Below, one piece after another: positions 42,561 to 50,099 of a DNA stretch of 64,000 bases. The DNA comes from Pelagibacteraceae bacterium AG-359-O02 (GTDB lineage: Bacteria; Pseudomonadota; Alphaproteobacteria; Pelagibacterales; Pelagibacteraceae): NCBI GenBank assembly GCA_003280485.1, contig QCEU01000004.1:16436-80435 (forward strand). Direction: 5' to 3'. How positions within the stretch are numbered: position 1 is the stretch's first letter; each line of letters starts with the position of its first letter. The translations under genes and the position numbers were made by a program. Under the pieces are notes generated by a model, which had not been told where the DNA came from, made no database searches, and saw only the letters and a program-made list of their open reading frames with translations.

Positions 42561-43247
42561 TCAAGCTATATTATTCATCTCGTAAAATTTTTTTACCCTT
42601 CCTAAGAACAAATTTTGATACATCTCTAATTCTGCACCTTCTATTTTAAATTCCTGAAACAAAATATCTTTTGTGCATAGTAATATTATGCCAGCTTTCA
42701 TTTTAGTTCCATGAACAATATCATGTGCCAATGTATATGCTCCAAGTTGTAAGAAATAATCTTGGATATAATCAATTTTTTTTGGTTTATTACTTTGTTT
42801 AAAATCGATTACAACATCATTACCTTGATAAACACCAATTAAGTCAGCTGTGCCTGCATATTGTTCAGGATAATATAAAGTTTCCTCAATTCCATATATT
42901 TCATTTAATTTATTATCTACCCCTTTTTCAATTATTTCTTTAGCCATATTTTTATATTGTTCATTGCTTTCAAAAAAACTTTCATTGATACGTCCTTTTA
43001 GATAATCCTCTATATATGTGTGCATCGATGTTCCTCTTGAAGATGCTTCTGTTTTAATTCTATTAGCTTCTTTATAGCCTACTCTTTCTCTCCAGTTTGC
43101 TAAAGCAGCTTTTTCTTCTTCAGATTTAGTTGCACTTAAAATTGTTGTTACACTCGGGAGTTTTTCTTCACCAAAAGAATATTTTCTATAACCATCCTCA
43201 ATTGATCTTGTGGACTTTGGATAATTAAATTTATTATTCCATTTCAT
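42561..43247 (-). CDS. PD-(D/E)XK exonuclease, MGME1/phage exonuclease-like
   Basis: LPSVTTILS, RGTSMH, E..LY...YAGTADL, IDFK, DYFLQLGAY. Confidence 0.85.
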   Translation of the reverse strand: MKWNNKFNYPKSTRSIEDGYRKYSFGEEKLPSVTTILSATKSEEEKAALANWRERVGYKEANRIKTEASSRGTSMHTYIEDYLKGRINESFFESNEQYKNMAKEIIEKGVDNKLNEIYGIEETLYYPEQYAGTADLIGVYQGNDVVIDFKQSNKPKKIDYIQDYFLQLGAYTLAHDIVHGTKMKAGIILLCTKDILFQEFKIEGAELEMYQNLFLGRVKKFYEMNNIA

Positions 43248-43283
43248 GCGTTTCTTATATGAGAAATTATATTTAAATTAAAT

Positions 43284-44381
43284 TTATTTTTTGGCTTGTC
43301 TAGGTAGGTCTTCAAGTTTTTCTACATTCTCAGTTTTTAGGGCTTTTTCAAACTGCTCTGGATCTTTTATATTTTCTAAAGTTCTCGTAATAGATCTTGC
43401 ATCCATTCCAAACTTATTAACAACAGCCAATGCATCTTCTAATTTTTTATTTAGCACTTTGATGTTATCAAAATGTCTTGAAAACCGTGTGCTAATTGTT
43501 TTTAAATGAGTATATATTTCAGTTGCTCCCTTTTGGACTTTGAGAGATTGAAAACCCATGTGTAAAGACTGTAAGTAGGCAGATAAAGTGTTTGGACCGC
43601 AAATTATAACTTTATGTTTTTTCATTAATTCTTGAGTTAATAATTCTTTTGTGCTTGGATCTTGATATTCAGTCAATTCTTTATACAAGCTTTCCGTTGG
43701 TGCATAGACAATAGCAAAATCTGTAGTTTTTGGTGGAACTATATATTTTTCATTTATACTTTTGGCTTTAGCTTTGAAGGCTGATGCTAATTTTGCTCTT
43801 GCATCTGCAACGGCTCGTTTGTCATCTGAGTCATAACCATCAGTGATTGCTTTAAATTTTTCTAGTGGGAAGTGCGAGTCAACTGGAACCATAACATCAC
43901 CTTGAAGTTTAATTGCAAATTCAACATTTTCACTGGTATCCTCTTTCATTTTAACATTTGTCATAAATTGAGAGGCTGGCAATAAATCTTTAATTAAGGC
44001 ATCCAAACTAAATTCAGCAAGTGTTCCATATTTTTTAACACCTGCTAAAATTTTACTTATACCTTCTTGGCTTTGATTCAATAACTGTACCTGTTGATTA
44101 AAGTTTCCAACTTTTTCATCAACTTTAGTTAAAGCTTCGGTCATATCTTTAGTAACACCTGTTGAAAGGTTGTTAAATGAAGTAGACATTGAACCTAATG
44201 AATTATTAATAGTGCTATTTAAAGTATCCTTTAAGGAGACGATTTCTGCTTTTAAATTAGCTATTTCCTCAACTTCTTTATTTTCGGTCTCTTCTTTGGT
44301 TTTTGGCCTTAAATTTAAATATAAAACCCCTAAAGTTGAACCAAGCAATAAAAGCAAGATTATTAATAGAATCGTATCCAT
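43284..44381 (-). CDS. rmuC: DNA recombination protein RmuC
   Basis: N-terminal TM, coiled-coil, GTLAE, VEFAIKL, VDSHFP, KYIVPPKTTDFA, PTESLY, GPNTL. Confidence 0.9.
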   Translation of the reverse strand: MDTILLIILLLLLGSTLGVLYLNLRPKTKEETENKEVEEIANLKAEIVSLKDTLNSTINNSLGSMSTSFNNLSTGVTKDMTEALTKVDEKVGNFNQQVQLLNQSQEGISKILAGVKKYGTLAEFSLDALIKDLLPASQFMTNVKMKEDTSENVEFAIKLQGDVMVPVDSHFPLEKFKAITDGYDSDDKRAVADARAKLASAFKAKAKSINEKYIVPPKTTDFAIVYAPTESLYKELTEYQDPSTKELLTQELMKKHKVIICGPNTLSAYLQSLHMGFQSLKVQKGATEIYTHLKTISTRFSRHFDNIKVLNKKLEDALAVVNKFGMDARSITRTLENIKDPEQFEKALKTENVEKLEDLPRQAKK

Positions 44382-44403
44382 AGAGTTAAGATAATAGTGA
44401 GAG

Positions 44404-45081
44404 TTAAGAGCTAAGCAAGTTTAAAATTTTCTTCAAACCTTTTTTGTTACTTAATTTTTTATTAGACATTAAAATTGCAGTACTTTTAAGAATATTTCCA
44501 TCTTTTAAAACTCTTAAATTATTTGCACGTAAAGTTTCTCCTGTACTGGTTATATCTGATAAAATTTCTGATGAGCCAGTAAATGGATATACTTCCGTTG
44601 CCCCAAGAGATGGGACTAACTTAAATTGAGTTACACCTTTTGAAAATAAAAACTCTCTTGTAAGGTTTGGATATTTTGTAGCAACTCTCATTCTACTTTT
44701 CTTTTTATCTTTAAAATCAAAGGAAATTTCCTCTAAATCAGCAAGTGTCTGAATATCAATCCACTCGTCTGGAACAGCTAATACTAAAGATGCATATCCA
44801 TATTCTAGCTTTTTAGCAATAGTAACTTTATTTTGTATATTTAATTCTGTTTCTTTTAATAAATCATATCCTGAAAATCCAATGTCCAGAGATCCATCGC
44901 CCAACCTTTCTATAATTTCTCTCGCATGTAGATAAATAATTCTAATATTTTTATTTCCTTTAACATATCCAAAGAGATCCCTATCACCTCTTTCTGATAG
45001 AATTTTAAGCTTTTTAATTTTAAATATATTTAAAGTATCTTTTCTTAATCGACCCTTACTTGGAATACCAATTTTAATCAT
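44404..45081 (-). CDS. hisG: ATP phosphoribosyltransferase, short form
   Basis: IPSKGRL, RVATKYP, SLGATE, DITSTGETLRANNL. Confidence 0.96.
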   Translation of the reverse strand: MIKIGIPSKGRLRKDTLNIFKIKKLKILSERGDRDLFGYVKGNKNIRIIYLHAREIIERLGDGSLDIGFSGYDLLKETELNIQNKVTIAKKLEYGYASLVLAVPDEWIDIQTLADLEEISFDFKDKKKSRMRVATKYPNLTREFLFSKGVTQFKLVPSLGATEVYPFTGSSEILSDITSTGETLRANNLRVLKDGNILKSTAILMSNKKLSNKKGLKKILNLLSS

Positions 45082-46123
45082 TTAAACTTATTGCACCTCC
45101 AACTGCTGGGATTTTTTTTGAAGATCCTAAATCAGAAATAAGATTGTCATAACGACCTCCATTAACATGTATTTTTCTAGAGTTTGAATTTATTATAATC
45201 TTAAATACCATCCCTGTGTAATATTCCAGATGCCTTCCAAATGAAGATGAAAATTTTACATTTAATTTTGAAACCTTATCTTTTGTGATTGGAAAATAAT
45301 TTTTACCAACAGTAAGATTTATTTTATTTTTTTTAAAAAAAGCGTTTAGAGTAGTTGCTGCATTGCTCATTTTGCAATTAATTTTTAAATATTCCCTAAT
45401 AATCTTTACTACATTTTGGCCTTTTACTTGTCTTCTAGGATCTTTTATTTTGTTATCAAATCTGATCAGTATTTCACTTAAGGAACGCCCTGCTATATTT
45501 CTGTTTTGATTTTGTTTACATAGTTTAAGGTATCTTTTTTTATCTAACTCAACGATAGTTTCATCAACATCTGAATTAGTCTCTAAACGTCTTAGTAATT
45601 CATTAAAATAAGCCTCTCGCCAAAAATGTCTTTGTAATCTAAGTTTCCATCTTTTTGGAATATCTAATTTATTTATCAATAAGTGAAATATTTCTACATT
45701 TCCTATTGTTATACTCCCAGACTTATATTTAAATTTATTTAAAACTTTAATACCAGTATTTATTATTTGCTTATCATCTCTTTTTTCATCTTTTGATCCT
45801 ATGATCTCGAAACCTATTTGATCTCTAATAATTTTTTCATTTTTTTTCTGAACTTTTCTAAATGCTTGACCGTTATAAAATACTTTTGAAGATCTCTTTT
45901 TTTTTTGATTAAGATATTTGATACAAGAAGCAATGGTTAAATCAGGTCTTAAACAAATTTCCTTTCCATTCTGATCCATAAATGAAAAAATTAAACTTCT
46001 AAATGACTCCCCAGATCTCTCGAGAATTAGATTGGTTGGAATTACTGTATCTAAATCTATATAATCAAATCCACTTGATTTTAAAGATTTAAGTATATTT
46101 TCAGATAAGTTTTTTGACTTCAT
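45074..46123 (-). CDS. hisZ: ATP phosphoribosyltransferase regulatory subunit
   Basis: CLRPDLT, FGRHLEYYTG, GGRYD, IPAVG; between hisS and hisG. Confidence 0.93.
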   Translation of the reverse strand: MKSKNLSENILKSLKSSGFDYIDLDTVIPTNLILERSGESFRSLIFSFMDQNGKEICLRPDLTIASCIKYLNQKKKRSSKVFYNGQAFRKVQKKNEKIIRDQIGFEIIGSKDEKRDDKQIINTGIKVLNKFKYKSGSITIGNVEIFHLLINKLDIPKRWKLRLQRHFWREAYFNELLRRLETNSDVDETIVELDKKRYLKLCKQNQNRNIAGRSLSEILIRFDNKIKDPRRQVKGQNVVKIIREYLKINCKMSNAATTLNAFFKKNKINLTVGKNYFPITKDKVSKLNVKFSSSFGRHLEYYTGMVFKIIINSNSRKIHVNGGRYDNLISDLGSSKKIPAVGGAISLND

Positions 46124-47495
46124 TGATTAAATCTTTCTTGGGAATTGTTTTGTTGTTCTCACCCTTTACACCCTTTAAATTTTTAATGGTCACTGTATTA
46201 TCTTTAAATTCATTTTCTCCACAGATTACTGCAACTGGCAATTGTCGTTTGTTTGCATAAGTAAGCTGTTTACCAAGATTTTTTTTGGTATCTAAAAATA
46301 TTTCTGAATTAATATTGTTTTGTCTTAAAAGATCTAAAATTTCGTAGTAGTTTTTTAAGTATTTTTGATCCATCACACACACTAAAACTGGTTTTTGTTC
46401 GTCTAATTGAAACTGATCTAATTGCATTAATGCAAACAAAAGTCTATCTACACCAAAACTTATACCTGTACCTGGAATATCAACTCCTTTAAATCTTGAT
46501 ATAAGTTGTGCATAGGCTCCACCTGAACAAATACTCCCAATATCTACCTCTTTACCTTTATTATTTGTAACTTTAAAATTTAAATTAGTTTCAACGATGA
46601 AATCAGAATAATACGCCAAGCCTCTGACAATTGTGAAGTTGGTTTTGACTTGATCTAAGTTTGATCCATATCTAAGGAATTCAAAAAAGTCTTCTAATTC
46701 CTTGATTCCTTCTTGCGATAGTAAATTTTTTAAATTTTGTTTCAGTTCTTTTAAATCTTTAATTTTTAAATAATCTAATATTTTAGAAACCTGCTTATCA
46801 TTTAAGTCTGCACCTTTTGTAATAGCACCACTAGTATCTTTTCTTTCCTTTCTCAGAAGGTCCTCTACACCTTTTATTCCAAATCCAGGCTTATCAAGTT
46901 TATCAATTGCCCTAATAACTTTTAATTGTTTTTCCTCAGTTATTTGTAATTCATTTAGTAAACCTTGAACTATTTTTCTGTTACTTACATTGATCGTAAA
47001 CTGATCTTTCTTTAATCCGCATTCTAAAAGTGTTGCTGAAATTAAATTACAAAGTTCAGCGTTAGCTTGTGATGAACTAACATTTCCTACAATATCAAAA
47101 TCTGCCTGCAAAAATTCTCTATATCTTCCATTGCCTGCCTTTTCGTTACGAAATACATTTTGAATAGCATATCTTTTATAAATTGAAGGCAACTCTTGAT
47201 TATTTTGAGCAACAAATCTTGCAAGAGGGCTAGATAGGTCATATCTAAGGGTAATATTTTTATCTCCATCTTTAAATGAAAATACATCAGACATAGGATT
47301 AGCTTCATCTTCTGCTAGAAAAGATCCTATATTTTCACTTATTTCGAACGATGGTGTTTCGAGTGGTTCAGCACCAAACTTAATAAAATTATTCTCAATT
47401 ACTGATAACAGCTTTTTTTTGAGAAGAAGTTTCTTATCCCAACGATCTTCAAATCCTGAGGGCAACCCAGGTATTAGTTTATTTTCTTTATTCAT
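46101..47495 (-). CDS. hisS: Histidyl-tRNA synthetase (start corrected to ATG 47495)
   Basis: LRYDL, FRNEK...GRYREFLQADFD, VRGLAYY, GISFGVDRL. The track start runs through tRNA-His. Confidence 0.96.
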   Translation of the reverse strand: MNKENKLIPGLPSGFEDRWDKKLLLKKKLLSVIENNFIKFGAEPLETPSFEISENIGSFLAEDEANPMSDVFSFKDGDKNITLRYDLSSPLARFVAQNNQELPSIYKRYAIQNVFRNEKAGNGRYREFLQADFDIVGNVSSSQANAELCNLISATLLECGLKKDQFTINVSNRKIVQGLLNELQITEEKQLKVIRAIDKLDKPGFGIKGVEDLLRKERKDTSGAITKGADLNDKQVSKILDYLKIKDLKELKQNLKNLLSQEGIKELEDFFEFLRYGSNLDQVKTNFTIVRGLAYYSDFIVETNLNFKVTNNKGKEVDIGSICSGGAYAQLISRFKGVDIPGTGISFGVDRLLFALMQLDQFQLDEQKPVLVCVMDQKYLKNYYEILDLLRQNNINSEIFLDTKKNLGKQLTYANKRQLPVAVICGENEFKDNTVTIKNLKGVKGENNKTIPKKDLINEVKKLI

Positions 47496-47499
47496 TTTT

Positions 47500-47574
47500 T
47501 GGTACCCTGGCTTGGAATTGAACCAAAAACTAAAGTTCCACAAACTTTCGTGATAACCATTTCACCACCAGGGC
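47500..47574 (-). tRNA. tRNA-His(GUG), G1-U72/A73 type
   Basis: GCCCTGG TG GTGA AATGGTTA TCAC G AAAGT TTGTGGA ACTTT AGTT TTTGG TTCAATT CCAAG CCAGGGT A CCA. Confidence 0.95.
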
Positions 47575-47610
47575 CTGTTATTGTTTTATACTAATTAGAG
47601 TTAAATTTAA

Positions 47611-47640
47611 ATTTTAAAATAGTTAAATAGCTAGCTGCAA
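47611..47640 (-). promoter_or_regulatory. Putative promoter for tRNA-His-hisS-hisZ-hisG, TTGCAG-N18-TAAAAT
   Basis: Hexamers at 47640-47635 and 47616-47611, about 35 nt upstream of the tRNA. Confidence 0.4.
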
Positions 47641-47738
47641 GCCAGCATGAAATTGATGTCTTTTATGAGATACTAAAATTTTACTATTTTTAATCATGGA
47701 GGTTAAATAGCATTTTGGACTTAAAATGCAAGTATGTA

Positions 47739-47785
47739 TTGTATAGGAATATTCATAGGGTTTACCTACTTTTATTCCTATACAA
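47739..47785. repeat. Long inverted repeat / hairpin downstream of cold-shock gene
   Basis: TTGTATAGGAATA ... TATTCCTATACAA (13 bp perfect) with inner TAGG-GTTTA-CCTA stem. Confidence 0.85.
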
Positions 47786-47805
47786 AATTTTAAATGAAAT
47801 AAATT

Positions 47806-48018
47806 TTAAGAAGTTTTCTTTAAATTCACTGCGCTTGGACCTTTGTCTCCATCCTGAATTTCAAATTCTACAGCGTCGTTCTCATTCAAAAAACGAAGTC
47901 CTGCTTCACGAACTGCGCTTGCATGAACGAAACAATCTTTTTCTCCGTCTTCTCTTTCTATAAACCCGTAGCCCTTCTTACCGTTGAACCACTTTACTTT
48001 TCCTTTTAATGTACTCAT
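47806..48018 (-). CDS. Cold-shock protein (CspA family)
   Basis: [15 protein letters not shown] (RNP1), FVHASA (RNP2), KGPSAVNL. Confidence 0.97.
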   Translation of the reverse strand: MSTLKGKVKWFNGKKGYGFIEREDGEKDCFVHASAVREAGLRFLNENDAVEFEIQDGDKGPSAVNLKKTS

Positions 48019-48136
48019 ACTTTTCTTTTACTCTTTCTTTATTATATTAAACTTAGCTAAACTTCAGCTAGCGGGATAGTTATTAGATTTTAAAATTGAA
48101 TGCAAGCATTTTTGCTGCAAGGTTTTATTTCTAAAA

Positions 48137-48212
48137 TGGTGGCTTCGGCGGGACTCGAACCAGCGACACAAGCCTTTTCAGGGCTCTGCTCTACCAACTG
48201 AGCTACGAAGCC
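48137..48212 (-). tRNA. tRNA-Phe(GAA)
   Basis: GGCTTCGTAGCTCAGTTGGTAGAGCAGAGCCCTGAAAAGGCTT...GAAGCCACCA, 76 nt. Confidence 0.96.
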
Positions 48213-48217
48213 ATTAT

Positions 48218-48433
48218 TTAAAACCTAAAAATAATTCTTCCTTTTGTCAAATCATAAGGTGTTACTTCCACTGTTACATTATCACCTTGAAGGACTCTAA
48301 TCCTATTCTTTCTCAACTTTCCAGCTGTGTGAGCTGTAACAATATGATTATTTTCAAGCTTTACTCGGAACATGGCGTTAGGTAATAAATCGATTACTTT
48401 ACCTTTAAATTCCAATAAATCTTGTTTCGACAA
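48218..48433 (-). CDS. infA: Translation initiation factor IF-1 (TTG start)
   Basis: [22 protein letters not shown]. Confidence 0.97.
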   Translation of the reverse strand: MSKQDLLEFKGKVIDLLPNAMFRVKLENNHIVTAHTAGKLRKNRIRVLQGDNVTVEVTPYDLTKGRIIFRF

Positions 48434-48439
48434 ATTTTT

Positions 48440-49705
48440 TTACTCCTTATTTATTCTAGATTTTATACTCAAAGCATGACCTTTTAATTCTTCATACTCA
48501 GCGAGATGTGTAGCGTATTCTCCTATTTTCTCAACACCTTTTTTTGACAGAGTTATAAGGCTAATTTTTTTATAAAATTCACTTAAACTTAACCCTGATG
48601 AAAATTTAGCTGATGCATTAGTTGGTAATACATGATTTGTCCCAACAGCATAGTCGCTTAATGCCATAGGAGAATATTTTCCTATACAAATACTTCCCGC
48701 ATTAACAATTTTATCTTTATACTTTTTATAATTGCCAACATTTATTTCTAAGTGTTCAGGAGCTATCTCATTAATTGCATCAATAATTTGTCTATCATTA
48801 TATACTTTTAAAATTAGTCCATTACTTTTTATACTTTTAGTTGCAATACTTTGCCTTGGTATCTGTTTTAATTTTAATTCTAAATCTTTTTTAAATTTTT
48901 TAATCAAATTTAAATCCTTGGTGATTAATATACACTGTGAATTTGAGTCGTGTTCTGCTTGCCCAATCATAGATGTGGTGACTTCATTTAAATTAGTTTT
49001 GCTATCTGCTAATATTGTTATTTCTGACGGGCCTGCAATCATTCCTTCAATACCTACATCTCCAAAAACTTGTCTTTTAGCACCAGCAACAAAGATATTG
49101 CCTGGTCCAACAATTTTGTTTACTTTTTGAATGTAAGCCAAACTACCTATAGCTTGTGCACCTCCCATTGAATAAATTTCATTAATTCCTAATTTTTTTG
49201 CTGCATATAAAACTGCAGGATTTAATTTTCCATTGTTTTTTGGATTTGCTAGTACAATTCTTTTTACTCCTGCTATTTTTGCTGGAATAGCATTCATCAA
49301 CAAAGTTGATGGTAAGTTTGCTGGAACATAAATCCCGATAGATTGAATTGGTACGTATTTATATTCTATTTTATTATTTAAATTATCTTTATAAAAAATG
49401 TCTTTAGTTTTTTGTGCTGTATGAAATTTATGTATACGTTTATAAGCAAAATCTATAGCTCTTTTAATTGTTGGATCTAAAGATTTAATTGCCTTATTAA
49501 TTTGCTTAATACCTGGCTTAATTTGACTATTTTTACTAAATTTTTTCTCATATTTTAAAAGACTTTTATTTTTATTGTTCTTAATATCTTTTAAAATTTT
49601 AGATATTATTTTATTCTCATTTTTTTTTTCAGACCTTCTTAGATCTAAAAATTTTGTTAAAATATTTAAGTAATTTTTTTTATTACAATTAATTATTTTT
49701 ATCAT
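48440..49705 (-). CDS. hisD: Histidinol dehydrogenase
   Basis: GGAQA, IVGPGNIFV, AGPSE, QAEHD, APEHL, DY..GTNHVLPT. Confidence 0.96.
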   Translation of the reverse strand: MIKIINCNKKNYLNILTKFLDLRRSEKKNENKIISKILKDIKNNKNKSLLKYEKKFSKNSQIKPGIKQINKAIKSLDPTIKRAIDFAYKRIHKFHTAQKTKDIFYKDNLNNKIEYKYVPIQSIGIYVPANLPSTLLMNAIPAKIAGVKRIVLANPKNNGKLNPAVLYAAKKLGINEIYSMGGAQAIGSLAYIQKVNKIVGPGNIFVAGAKRQVFGDVGIEGMIAGPSEITILADSKTNLNEVTTSMIGQAEHDSNSQCILITKDLNLIKKFKKDLELKLKQIPRQSIATKSIKSNGLILKVYNDRQIIDAINEIAPEHLEINVGNYKKYKDKIVNAGSICIGKYSPMALSDYAVGTNHVLPTNASAKFSSGLSLSEFYKKISLITLSKKGVEKIGEYATHLAEYEELKGHALSIKSRINKE

Positions 49706-50099
49706 TTGCTATTTTTTGATCCTCTAGTGTCACTTCAATTACTTCAGCGGCAAGAGTTATAATTCTATTTTTCGAAAATAACATAGTTATTTCAAAATTC
49801 TCCCCTTTCTTAAAAATATCAATTGTTAATAGTTCTAATGTTAGATTAGTGTCATTTTGGTCTATATTCTTAGATTTTGACGAATTAATAAATTCAAATT
49901 TGATAATACTATTTATTAATTTATTTTTATTTTCCTCTTCTTTGCTAAATCTTGCTATTGAAATTAGGAAAATTTTGTTAGAAGCTAAATATTTAACATC
50001 GTCAATATTAACTTTACCCTCAGAGCAGCAAGCTGAAATGATATGAAGATCTTCAGGAGTTTGTGCAATTATCTTTTTTAAATACTGGTTTTCCATCAA
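49689..50099 (-). CDS. DUF2948-family protein
   Basis: A...EDL.IISA..., LELL.I, I.L.AEVIEV.LED; conserved murA-DUF2948-hisD order. Confidence 0.85.
   Translation of the reverse strand: MMENQYLKKIIAQTPEDLHIISACCSEGKVNIDDVKYLASNKIFLISIARFSKEEENKNKLINSIIKFEFINSSKSKNIDQNDTNLTLELLTIDIFKKGENFEITMLFSKNRIITLAAEVIEVTLEDQKIANDKNN

Noticed and set aside
42561-43247. Cas4 / CRISPR system
   Set aside because: No four-Cys Fe-S ligand set, no other cas genes, and no repeat-spacer array seen in the window.
20889-47543. Extended N-termini in the ORF track for dnaX (20906), NDUFA9-like (28062), kdsD (28578) and hisS (47543)
   Set aside because: Each extension overlaps an RNA gene or neighbouring CDS, and downstream ATGs match the family N-termini.
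47698-47963. 82-aa + strand ORF preceded by GGAGGT
   Set aside because: TTG start 11 nt from the SD, more than half is antisense to the csp gene, it runs through the hairpins, and it has no recognisable protein features.
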